Origin: Trichoplax sp. H2
Lineage: Eukaryota
Direction of reading: 5' to 3'
Assembly (NCBI GenBank): GCA_003344405.1
Contig: NOWV01000172.1
Coordinates: forward strand, 1-64,000
DNA length: 64,000 bases
The notes under the pieces were generated by a model. That model saw only the letters and a list, made by a program, of their open reading frames with translations. It was not told the origin of the DNA and ran no database searches. The translations under genes and the position numbers were made by a program. Positions within the stretch are counted from its first letter, which is position 1; every line of letters starts with the position of its first letter. Below are positions 52,004-64,000 of this stretch, piece by piece.

Positions 52004-55000
52004 ATGGATAGCTATGAGAAAATACGAATCGTTGGAAGAGGTGCATATGGGTAAGTTACCTTTCCAAGACGTTCATCCGATAAGATAGAGTGTAATAAAT
52101 AGTACCAATTAAATACGACTTAAAAATATAGACTACAGTAATGATGAGTTTAATAATATTCATCTATTGGCTTATGTCAATGACTTTAATGATAAAATAA
52201 GCGCATTTTGTATACATATAAAGGACATTAAGAAAAGGGATTTTTTATTCTCGAAATTGCATTGGTACCGTATTCAGTTTTATATTACTGACACGCATAC
52301 TGCAGTGACAATAAGTTTAAAGTAATTTTTAGTGATCAGCTACAGCTGACGATATCTTATTTCTTTCATGCCAACTTACTACCAATGCAAACATTTATAA
52401 AATCTAAAATGGAGGAGAAAAATTTGAACCATTTTATGATGGATTAGAAGCTTGATTGAACTATTATCACTATAACCAATCAAGATAACAGCTAGCGTTT
52501 TATATTTTTTCCTGTTTGTTAGAACCGTTTATTTATGCCGTCGTTTAGTCGATAACGGCTTGGTCATTATCAAACAAATTCCAGTAGAAGATATGACAAT
52601 CGAGGAAAGGCAATCCGCTATTAATGAAGTTAAAGTATTATCCGTATTAAAATATCCAAATATTATCGGCTACTACGATAGTTTTTATGAAGATAAAGCT
52701 CTGATGATTGTCATGGAATATGCCGAAGGTAAGTTGATTTGCTTACGCAACATCATTAAATGATTGCTTTTTCTTACGATTCACGGCTTAATTAATTGTA
52801 GGCAAATACATTATGTGTCGTATCTAATTTAGCCTTGGGTAGTCGTCACCAATCATTAAAGATAATTAATGCTACAGTGAATAAATTAAGTCACTAGTTT
52901 ACCTTAGCAGCGCTAGTTATCATCATTTTTATGATATTTCATCATAGCAATCAAGAAACGAATTATTATTGCACTTTAATTTACTTATTGGAAAATATCT
53001 AATTTATTACTTAAATCGAAGCTCGCTAAACTTCAATGTCTATTCGATCAAATTTCAATGTCTATTCGATATAGGCGGTACCATTTTTGAATATCTACAA
53101 CAACGACGAGATGAACTTTTAAGCGAGGAAGTAAGTCATGAACTTATATAGCTTTTTCGTTCATTATCATTTCAATATTACGAGTACTTCGGATCATATC
53201 CTTAGTTTATTTTATTCTTAGCAAGTTAACGTCAGACTGTAGCAACTATCAAATATAAAATTCTTCCTTTCTTGGCCTATCTTGTGATTATAACGATCTC
53301 AGCTTTGATGTTATAAGTCCATTTAACAACAGCATGAGATCTACTACAAAATAGTTTTCATAGTCGCCAGTGATTTAAGCATTCAATTTCCATTACGCTA
53401 ATAGAAGTAAAATAGTTAATTGAAGCCTTCGATTATGACAACACTTTAATAACTTATTGTAAAGACATCATTTGTAGGGGCCTGAGTTGTTATAATTTAT
53501 TGACTATAAATCATATCTATTTCATAAGTTCCTAATGACTCTTTCCTATATATAACTATATGAAAATCCAATTAATAAAACTATATAAGCTTAATAAAAG
53601 AATGAAATAGAAAATTTTTAAAATACGACTTTACATTTACGTCACTCCATATTCTAATCAAATTCTTTTTAATTATAGGAAATTCTTCATCTATTTGTGC
53701 AAATCTTACAATCTCTGCATCATGTTCATTCCAAGAATATTTTACATCGAGATTTAAAGACACAAAATATATTACTTAATGATAGAAGAACAGTAGCTAA
53801 ACTTGGCGATTTTGGAATATCCAAAGTTCTTAATAGTAAAAGTAAAGCAAATACGGTACGTTGAATTATTCTAGAAAAAGATTACTTCTAAGAAGAAGTT
53901 GAGATATAATCAAATTGACAGTGCTATACATCTAAGCTTTAATTGTAAACGTAGTATGACTAGCTAGCATGAGCTTACATGATGACATGAATTTAGTACT
54001 TTCTATCGAGGATAGATGAACATTCCAAAATTTAATTACGCGTAATGATCGTGATTTTTAATTTCTTACTCTCTATCTTGATGTATTGAGTAGGTAGTTG
54101 GGACACCTTGTTATATCTCTCCTGAACTTTGCGAAGGAAAACCGTATCCATAATCGTAATATCGACTTCAATGGCTTTGATATTGCTTTATTTTTTCGGT
54201 TAATATTCTTGCAAGACTATCGCAGTCTGATTTTAGAAATAAAATAATTTCTTCTTATTGTTAGCTTGTAACCACTTCAATTATTCGATTTATTCCTTAA
54301 GGCATTATAATTTACCGTTTATTTAATTAATTTAATATCAATAACGTTACTACCTTAACTAAAATATCTAAAGATATAATCATAAAAGCGATATCTGGTC
54401 TCTAGGTTGTGTTTTATATGAATTAGCCAGTTTAAAAAGAGCGTTCGAAGCACCGGTAAGTTAGATTTTAAATTTCAATTATTAAAAATTTAATTTTATT
54501 TTATGATAATCCATAGTCTAGAAATGTTTTATTTCATATTTTTACGAAAGGTCATCAAAGAGTATATTACTATAGCATCTGATGATATTAATACGAATCT
54601 CAGTGATACAGATAATGTAAATTATGACACTTCTTTGTACGTTATCCGTAACAGAATTTGCCAGCTTTAGTCATGAAGATCATGAGAGGAAAGTTTGCTC
54701 CTATATCCTCTATTTATAGCGAAGATCTTCGAGGATTAATTTTAAGTATGCTGCATTTGGACCCTTCTCGAAGGCCGGAATTAGATGAGATTATGGCACT
54801 ACCCATTATTGTTAATTCTTTAATGCAAGCAAGAACATCTATTGGTCGTATTCCATGTCTTCAGTAAGTTACAAATTTTTTATAACTATGAAATAGTACC
54901 TTATACTTCATGGCTATTATTTGCTATTTGATCAAATTAAGAAGCTCTCCCACCCTTAAACAAACAAAATGGGAGTTTCTAGAATAAGTTGTACTAGCAT

Positions 55001-58000
55001 CGTACTTACGAAATCTGAAATATACGACAGTGTGCTTGATAACATATTTTTATACAAGTTTGAATGTTTCCTTGATACAATATATACCTGGATCATTCCC
55101 TCTAAATACAACCAAACAAACAGATTATTACTGCAGACTTTAAGATTTTACTAATCAGGCTCTTTTTCTTAAATAGATTATCGAAGAAAAATTCATCAAC
55201 TACAAGACGATCAAAAGGGAAGCGATATCATGCATCCGCAAAGAGCAACCATACTTTAGATAGCGGCATTGATGGAGGTAAGCTTTTTACTTTCTTCAAA
55301 CCTGACTGTATTGCTACCAATGTTAACGTATCAACAGAAAAATTGTTGCTGTCGAATTATTTTAGAACGGATTGAAATTGTTGTAGTTACTAGCTAACTA
55401 AAAAATTATTAATGGTCATGCCTTTATTATTCGTTCTGCTGTATTATAATGTAAAAAATGATTTTTAATTCCATATTTTAGGTTCAGTAACCAATAATCG
55501 AGCTACTTATGATCGATCTAATAGCACCGATGATGCATCTGGAATTCTGTCAAGCAGTGGTGGTAGCATTAGTTTGCCGTTCGACTCTCAATCACTTAAA
55601 AGTTCGCATAATTCGAATATAACTTCCTATAGTCATCGAACAAATCGACCAGGTTCATCCATTAGTAGTTTATCGGGAGCATTAACAGATAGTGAAGACT
55701 CCCATGTATCATCATCATCAGCACCTGTTTTCACGTGGGGAAGTAGCTCATCTAAACCGCTAATGCTAAATTTACCGCAAAGAAGTTTACAAATCACACG
55801 CGTAGATGTCAGTCGGACGCAAAAAATGGGTGTAACTAATTGTGGCCAAATTGTTATTTGGGAGGTAAGCAGATGCACAAAAAAAAATGTAATAGGGAGA
55901 CCTAGATATTGTTTTCATTACCTGATAGGCTTTCTAGCCTTTAAATTTAGTTATACTGCTGGATAAAGTGAAGTGAAATTGATTACTAATATTATTTTAT
56001 TTCTCTGACTTTATTTTACAGCAAAATAGAGTACAATTAGATGGTAAAAATGATCGCAATATTAATATTGATATACCGAGGCTCCTTGAAGGCCAATCGG
56101 TCGTCAATATTACTCATGTCTCTTGTGGAGATTTATTTACTGCTTGTCTAACAGGTATAAATTGTTGAACAGTCTCTCAGTTATAGAAAACTGTTAACCA
56201 ACATCAGAATATATTTCAAAATAACAAATCCTTTTAGTCGAACTTATAATTTGTTCTTAAACATGAATAGATCGTGGAATCTTAATGACTTTTGGATCAG
56301 GTGCAAACGGTTGCTTAGGACATGGAAATTTTAACGAAGCAGCACATGTAAGGAAAATCAAATCATTACACCATAAAGCCTAATACTCGTACACACAAAA
56401 ATTCACGTTATAACCTACCTAATTAATCATTCTATTGGAATTACTTCTACAGCCAAAAATCGTTGAATCCTTAATTGGTTATGAAATCGTAAATGTTTCC
56501 TGTGGTGCATCTCATATTATGGCTATTACAGGTACACAACATTTAGGAAGTATTGTAAGCAAGACTAATAGTTATTTCTATCATATTACATAAGGTTTAG
56601 TGTTTAAGCTTTTTTTTCATAAAATATAATTTCTTTAGCGGAACATGAATTATTTGCCTGGGGTAGAGGTGATAACGGTAAGTATAGTATTAAGCCAACT
56701 GTAATTATCATTCGGTTGTATTGTTAACAAATCCAAGGATAAGATTATGGTTAACGATATTTTACGCCAAAAAATATAGGTCGATTAGGAACATCAAATA
56801 CCAAGACATATAGCGTACCAGAACTCATTAAACTACCAGAAACTTATCAGCCTAGCTCAGTATGTTGCGGTATTGATTGTAGTATGGTATTATGTTGTGA
56901 CGGTTGCTTACTAGTCTGTGGTAGTAATCGAGCCAATAAGTTATCATTAGACACCTCAGATACTGGCTTAGTAGATGAAAAACATTCCCTAACACGTGTA
57001 CCATCCATGCCACTCTCATCACTATCAATTGAACAAGTAGCAGCTGGCACTTCCCATACTGCAGTAATAACAGGTGATAGAAAGCTACGGTTAAATTACA
57101 GATTATTATAAATATTTAAGATAACTTTTGTTAACTGAATCTAGCATTTCTTCAATTTATAAATTACCGAACATATAGCTAATGGTCTTTTATATTGCCG
57201 TTTAGCTGTTTTGTTACCGTATTCAGTATGGTAGAAGTTACTTTTTATATCTATCACGTTATCCTTAATATAAATTTAGTAAAGGTATCAATTAAGCTTT
57301 TATATATGTATAGTTACGAATGTATAGCTTTCATTTTCTAGGATGTTCTAACAGTTTGATAGAAAGATAATTACATTGCTTATTCGATAAATTATTTGGC
57401 CTAGGTATCATAAAGAGTTTTAATTTGCATTCGTATTAATATTTGCGTTGAATACTTTACTAACCAATTCTAGAGGACGGCAAGCTCTATACCTGTGGAG
57501 TTAATACATATGGCCAACTAGGTTATGAGCAAAGCAAGCAAAGGGTTTCTGCAAAGCAAGTTTCATCATTAAATCATAAGCAAATTAAATATATCGCGTG
57601 CGGGGATGCATTTACCATTGCTGTTACTGCAGGTAAATTTTATAACTGATATTCTTATTATTCAAGCAAGTTCGTTTAAATGATCGTAAAATACGGCAGC
57701 AGTACACCATCTGAATATATCGATAGAATACTTTCTTGCTGTCAGTAACAAGACTATTATCTGAAAGAATTTGTAGTTTTAAACCTCATGCGTTCAAGAC
57801 AAATAATTTATTTTTATCGAGCAATAGCAATAGTAATACTTATATTGAAGTCAGTTATAGTAAATTTTTAGGTGATGTGCTGCTTTATTTTCAATTTTTA
57901 ACAGATAATGAGGTTTATGCGTGGGGTAAAGGTAGCCGTGGACGACTAGGCCTAGGCACAGAAAAAAATTTCGTCGAACCACAACGTATTACGTTTAATC

Positions 58001-58107
58001 ATTATAACTTTGAAATCCTATCTTTGGCCAGCCGACACGGAAATACATTAATGTCTACTCGCTTGAAATATAATAATGGCGATATAAACCCTATCAAGGA
58101 TAAATAA
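52004..58107 (+). CDS. NEK8: NIMA-related kinase 8 (kinase plus RCC1 repeats), 16 coding exons, 764 aa
   Basis: Exons 52004-52050, 52523-52728, 53075-53130, 53679-53855, 54094-54143, 54374-54455, 54655-54863, 55177-55277, 55482-55864, 56022-56154, 56271-56347, 56453-56531, 56639-56677, 56780-57073, 57474-57632, 57905-58107; 2295 nt, phases consistent. Motifs [45 protein letters not shown], then RCC1 repeats ([34 protein letters not shown]). Confidence 0.96.
54144..54373 (+). other. Probable U12-type (minor spliceosome) GT-AG intron, NEK8 intron 5
   Basis: 5' end GTATCCAT (U12 consensus RTATCCTT). Branch site TACCTTAAC at 54351-54359 (consensus TTCCTTAAC), with the branch A ~15 nt from the AG. 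No polypyrimidine tract (AAAATATCTAAAG). Confidence 0.8.
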
Positions 58108-60078
58108 TTTTATCACATGGATTATCTACTATTCATTTTTATAAGGATAGACTAAAATTCTTTAAAAGAAAACAATAATAGTAATTTACTTTATCCAAAA
58201 ATGATATTTTATCTAAGGCTTTACCAATTAAAAAATTCCAATCCGATTTGGGAAATTATATTCAAAGTTGACTGAACATACCATTGGCATTTCTTCTTAT
58301 CCGCTTTTCGACGAGTTCTAAACTAGAAATAAAGACAAGATAGATATCAAAGTCATCGTTAGATATCTATTGCTGGGCTGCCACATGATAACATTTCAAT
58401 TATATATTTTATCACTTTCTACTTTTTGGATTAATATCATCTAATTCAGTCCATAGATATGAAAAGATGGTAGCAACTGCTTATACAAATGCTCTTGATA
58501 GATGAACAATCGACGAGATCATAATTAAATGATCTATTCTGTAACTGAAAAGTATAGTGAGTAATCTAATACGACGATGTTGAAGACATTAGAGTCATTT
58601 ATAACTTTATAGTCTTCAATAATATTGGATTTACATTTACAATAAAATTTTTGTTTTTTCTAAGAATTTTATCCTAATTTGAGAGTTCTTGCTGTGTTTG
58701 TGCAGCAAGTGATAAAGATGTCTACAGTATATTAAAGCCGTATATCTTAAAAGCGAATTTTAGAAATACTGACATAATTTTAATTGTACTAAAAAATTAT
58801 TTAACGGGCTCGTATAGCCTTAAGATCGATTCGATATTTTTATTCGCGGGCTGAATATTATTGCTCATGGAAAACGTAAATCTAAATATTAATTATATAA
58901 TATGATTTATATGTCTGCAAATATCTTTATCTTGTTACTTGAATAGCAACTTCGTATTAATGAAGCAATTTCAAAGTGGATAATCTACAAAATAGAAAGC
59001 TATGTAATGGCTTTTTCTTTTTACTATAGAGATCTAAATAGCCCTATAGCATATTGACTGTACAGTCTAAATATCTGTAATTAATAAACGTAAATATGAT
59101 GATAAAAATTGATACTGACCGCTTAGAAATAATATATATACAAAGATATAGATGCAGACATACATAAACAGTAATGGTTCGAATTCGCTAAATATACGAA
59201 TATTCGAGGGTAATATAAGGATCTTTTAATCAACAATATCTGATCATCCCTTTAAAATATTTTCCTAGAACATACTTCATTCGATAGGCATCAGTAGTGC
59301 ATCCCATAGATCGACTATAAATTTGTAGCCATGAAATTAACCACTTTAAAATGCTACTTCTGTAGATACAATAGCTTCATCAGGATATTTTTTCTTCATT
59401 TCGCATCAATTTTTATTTCTTAATTATGAAATATTCAGTAGCTGTGAGTGTAACAATTTTTATTTCGAGTACGCGATAGAATAACCAATACATTCATAAA
59501 TTAAATTCAATACATGTTTATATTCCTTCGAAACCTTTAAGTGCTTTGTATAATAAATGCATATAATTACTAAAACTGTCGTAAATAGGCGGGATTGGTA
59601 TAATTTTATTTTATCAAGATAAAATCATTCATTTTAATATCAAAAGCTAACCGTAGGTTTGGGATATTCCAAGCATTCAGGTTATAATTTTAAACTGTAT
59701 TTGTGTTTCATCATCATAGTTATTATAGCAAGACTAGATGGTATGGGTTTCCTATGATACATGGTATAAAAATTAAGGTCCATGTATTACAAAAAGAAAG
59801 ATATATAATACTATGGAACAACCTATATTTTTGCCACTTTAGATTGATCAAATCAGTAAATTACTACGATCGCTAATTCTTTTTCCATGTTAATTATGAG
59901 CGATCAGGGTGCTAACTATAAATTGATAATAGCAGTATTTTTCTGTCGACATTCTAGTTAACAGTTTGTAAAGCTAGTTATTGTAAATCTTGCCTTCAAA
60001 CGGTGATTTACAACTAGTGAATTATGATACGCTTGTGAAATCACAATTTAAATCCAAACCATAGATATCAATTGTATA

Positions 60079-62278
60079 TTAATGATTTCGATTTGACTTT
60101 AATCGGCCACTTTTGGCATCTCCAAGTGCTGCCCACATATCAAAGATAATATGATCTGGGAAATCGAACATCTTTAAATAGATATCTTCATCTAAGGAGG
60201 TAGCAAATTCAGATGGATTGGTTCTATCTTTCCCAAGCATTACAATAGTATCAGCTAATAAAATGAAGAAGATACTTGAATTCAATGCCTGACATCAAAT
60301 TTAATAATTTCAGAAAAAGCGAAAGCTACTTTGTTAGCAACACCTGCTACAACGTCCCTGACAATTTAAATCTTAATAGGTAATTAACTAGCTAGTGCGC
60401 TTTCCTTTACTACTAACCTAGTTGTTGATCCCGAATACCCATAAATTCTTCCAAGATATCGTCAATTTTTATAATTGCTACAGTTTCCCATGAGTTTTCC
60501 TAATCATACAAGATGTTAATGATATAATGAAAAAGCGCGATTAATTACTACAAAACTGTTAGGGTAGAATTAAAATCCTAAACTGGCAAACAATACCATT
60601 AGTTAATACTTACATTTACTAAAGAAACATTACGTAAGTAAGTTGCTATGATCAAGTTCATGATACATTTTGTGTTTCAATATTAATTAGTCTGTAGCTT
60701 TTATGATTGAAACTTATTATTTGCTAACTTGATATAAAGTAACTCTGTTAGCGGTTTGGAAAGTGGATTACTTAACTTACTTCTATTACATGTTCTACTA
60801 CAGGAGGACCTTGCGCTTTTAATCTTAGCGTAGCCTTACCACTAGTGACATTCTTAGCACTTTGACCAGCCCCTGAACTACCGCGAGGAGCAACAGCACC
60901 TACAAAATTGGTAACGACAGGTAATTTTACTCTTATTCAAGCTACATCAGTAATAATTGCAAATGATACGAAAAAGGTAAACGTATATGTAGCAACGGCG
61001 CTTACCTAAACCACGCTTTGGTTCTATTAGTTCTAATGTAAATTCCAGACCAATATGTAAATCCTTTAAACACCTTGCGACATCATAATGCCTTTTTCCG
61101 ATCATACTTTCGCCATTAATGCGTTGAATATGATCACCAGGTGAAATACTGCCAGCAGCATGAGCTAGGCTTCCCTCTTTAATTTTTTTAATGAATGCCA
61201 TGCCATCACCATTGTCGGTTATAGTTAATCCAATAGCAGGGGACGCTTTCAGAAAAGAGATACGCTTGTAATTACCTTTTACATGAACATAAATCGTATC
61301 TTCCAAGCCAATTTGTCCTCCTAATAGGGATTCCATGTCAACTTTAGCAGTATTGAGCGTACAATATAGAATCTAGTGATAAGATTAAGTCATATTTATC
61401 TAAATATTCATATAGAAGGCAATATTTTTAGAGTATTAGCGTAAAATCGTGGAGAACACTGAGTTCGACGGCCAATGTGCGATTACATGATATATTTCAT
61501 AATTAAAATACCTATGATGTTACAAAGATTATGTATGTCTTTATCTAGAGGATAAGCTCTCACAAGACGAAGGAAATAATTAAAGCATCATTGTACGTAA
61601 AGTAAGTTTCAAGCCAAATAATGCTTACTTCACTTCCTAAAGTAAGATCATACAGTTATTTTACAGGAATATAGGACTAAGCAAGTAATGGCAGTTTTCT
61701 TTTCATAGCGGTAAAGCCTTTACAACAAGTACGATGAGAGATTGTCTCAGATTTAAACCACTTTATTTCCTGCATCGTCTCTACCTTAATGGTTATTCTT
61801 AACTCTATTTCTAAGAATATCTGCCGTACTGCACAAAAGGCTCAGAACATTTTATATCGCATTTCTTAGTGGAAGTCTAGCAAATATCAAAATTTTTCAT
61901 GCCCAGAGAGTAAAACACAGCTTAAAAATAAATAAAATATCTTACATCTTTGCGGTCAATTCCATGAGAAGCAGCAATTTTGTTGTACAACTCCCGAACG
62001 CTTGTAAATCCTTCTACCTTGCCAATACCACTACCATGAGCTAATTGCGTACTAAAAACTAACTTTGGCCTCTTACCAGCAGCTAATCTAGCAGCCAGGT
62101 CTCGCTCTCGTCGATCATGGCAATCTTGACTGTCTCTAGTCAGTGGTCCATGACTATGGCCACTAGAAGTAGCACTCCTGTTAGAACCATAATCATCAGA
62201 AGATGGCCGTTGAGACTCTTGGGTCGCAGATTTGGGAATATTGAGATCTGCAGATTGACTTTTACGAAAGAATGGCAT
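60079..62278 (-). CDS. GIPC1: GIPC PDZ-domain adaptor (GH1-PDZ-GH2), 5 coding exons, 358 aa
   Basis: Exons 62278-61946, 61372-61006, 60899-60781, 60499-60418, 60254-60079; 1077 nt. Motifs [99 protein letters not shown]. Likely co-orthologous to vertebrate GIPC1/2/3. Confidence 0.95.
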
Positions 62279-64000
62279 TTTCGGGATACGGCGGATTATT
62301 TTATGCCTATAAACTATATGTGTACCTATTAGTAAAACAAGAATATAACATTTTAATACTACACGTTATTGATTTCCGAAAATGAGCCCGTTGCTCATCT
62401 TTTCGAGTAGGTAAAGGAGTAAGATAGCATATATTTTCATCTCGATTCACAATTCGTTATAAATTCGGCAACATAGTGATAGATAGCTAATCAATTGACC
62501 AATGAAATAAAAACAGGCATTAAACCCTGACTAAACCGAAGTAGAACTGTAATATAAGTACTTCTGTAAAAAATTAAACTAAATCTTTTCTCATCACTTC
62601 CATTGAGTATCTAACGTTATTAAAAAGGATACACCTTTTAATTTCCTTGTAAGAATGATGAGTAAGGCTAAATCTACTTTTTTCCTTCCCTTTCCCTACT
62701 AGAGCATCATTTATATCCTAATGATTCCAAGTGGTATTTTAAGGATAAAAAATAAAGATCGACAGCTCTTTTATTAACTATATAGTAGTCACAACTCTCA
62801 CTTGTGGCAAGATTTGCAAAGAATTCCAGTGTAGGTACACTAACTTGGGCCACTTTCCCAATATTTCCAGTCTCTATGCTAACGATATATGAGAACTCAA
62901 TTTTTTGGCTTTAGCCCACAGATAACTGATTAATTGCTTTTCTTCACGTCACGATTCCAGCATGCTTCTCAAGCAATTATTACTTTTAATTTAAAACTGC
63001 ACACGCTTAAAAAAGATTTCTACAGTGAATTCTAGTATTGGCTAGCGTGAATACATACAGTATTTCACAAGTTACATAATTCGAGAATAATTTATTTAAT
63101 TTCTAAATGGGTACAAGTACGTAGATATTCTGGAACTTAGGGTGTTGAAACATTCATCCTCCGCCTATAGACAGTTCGGTCGTTAGATTCTAACAAGCAT
63201 TTCAATCTATGGTAAATTAAGCTAACAAGGAGTTAGCATGTTCTTATTCTGGATGTAAATCAGCATCTACACCTTTAATGGTAGAATATTATGATGTAAC
63301 GATGATGAGTAAAAGATAATGATGTGAAAATGATGAAGTATGGACTCTTTTTTTCTAATTTTATGTAGCATGGCTAGCAAGACATTAAAGAACTTTGAAT
63401 CTGAAAATTATTTTGTTTGAATCAAGAATGAAGATTTCCATAACACTTTGGCATTTCAAGGCAATTTAAGAACACGTATACAGGTATTCATAGATTTGGA
63501 TGAGAACAAGCCTGCACAAACGCTTATGAAAAAGTGTAATTGCCAGCCATCTTATAAGAATGATGAATAAAGATCTATTACTTCTTTCTAATCTAAATAG
63601 TATAGCTAACTGAGCATTAGAATATTATGCTTGTAAACGCAATCCTATAAGAGCGATAAAGAAAGCCATGCAACGCGTGCTACACCTAGAAGCTAATGCA
63701 GTATAACATAGACATGGATTAGAATCTGTCTGAATAATACTATTATACGATTATAATTCTAAGGAAAGGACGAATTTACAACTGTATCTTGTCTTCCCAT
63801 TTAACAAAATGATAGGCTAACAAGACATTCAATCTTTCAAAATATCATATAAAAACGACTGCTAAAGATCTACAACTCTTCCTTGACGCGTTGTAGCAGA
63901 TAACCTAATGCTTTTGAATTTAAGGAATATCAGAATTAGCCTATATTCCGTTTATAAATGCAAGGTAGTACTACAGCTTTAGCAAACTTAATTCAATCTA

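Noticed and set aside
53032-53070. 17-bp direct repeat before the NEK8 exon 3 acceptor
   Set aside because: Ordinary local slippage duplication that creates no new AG.
59176-59188. GGTTCGAATTC tRNA T-loop/B-box-like motif
   Set aside because: No cloverleaf stems or A-box could be built around it.
20575-62332. Short antisense or alternate-frame ORFs inside the GPCR, NEK8 and GIPC exons, and small intergenic ORFs
   Set aside because: Shadow ORFs or chance ORFs in AT-rich DNA, many with non-ATG starts and no recognisable homology.

Overview
AT-rich eukaryotic (animal) genomic scaffold. Short GT-AG introns and intronless class A GPCRs suggest an early-branching metazoan such as a placozoan (inference only). 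I reconstructed five protein-coding genes by hand: two intronless paralogous rhodopsin-class GPCRs (20474-21952, 41069-42517, +), SNRPA1/U2A' (9 exons, -), NEK8 (16 exons, +) and GIPC (5 exons, -). The first 8 kb and the 26-31 kb region hold Ty3/Gypsy LTR-retrotransposon relics. Three 20-N gaps are each flanked by near-identical duplicates, most likely uncollapsed haplotypes; they expose a polymorphic solo LTR, indels and a tandem-repeat copy-number difference. Most notable: (1) a ~1.2 kb block between divergent SNRPA1 and NEK8 built from chained TA-CAG-TA / TA-CTG-TA / TA-CACTG-TA units matching Tc1/mariner excision footprints; (2) both GPCRs share a rewired, charged core (H2.50, R5.46, K6.48, R6.51, D6.52) and a C-terminal ETVV PDZ ligand, and one has lost the DRY arginine; (3) a probable U12-type minor intron in NEK8. 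No tRNA, rRNA or CRISPR array could be supported.
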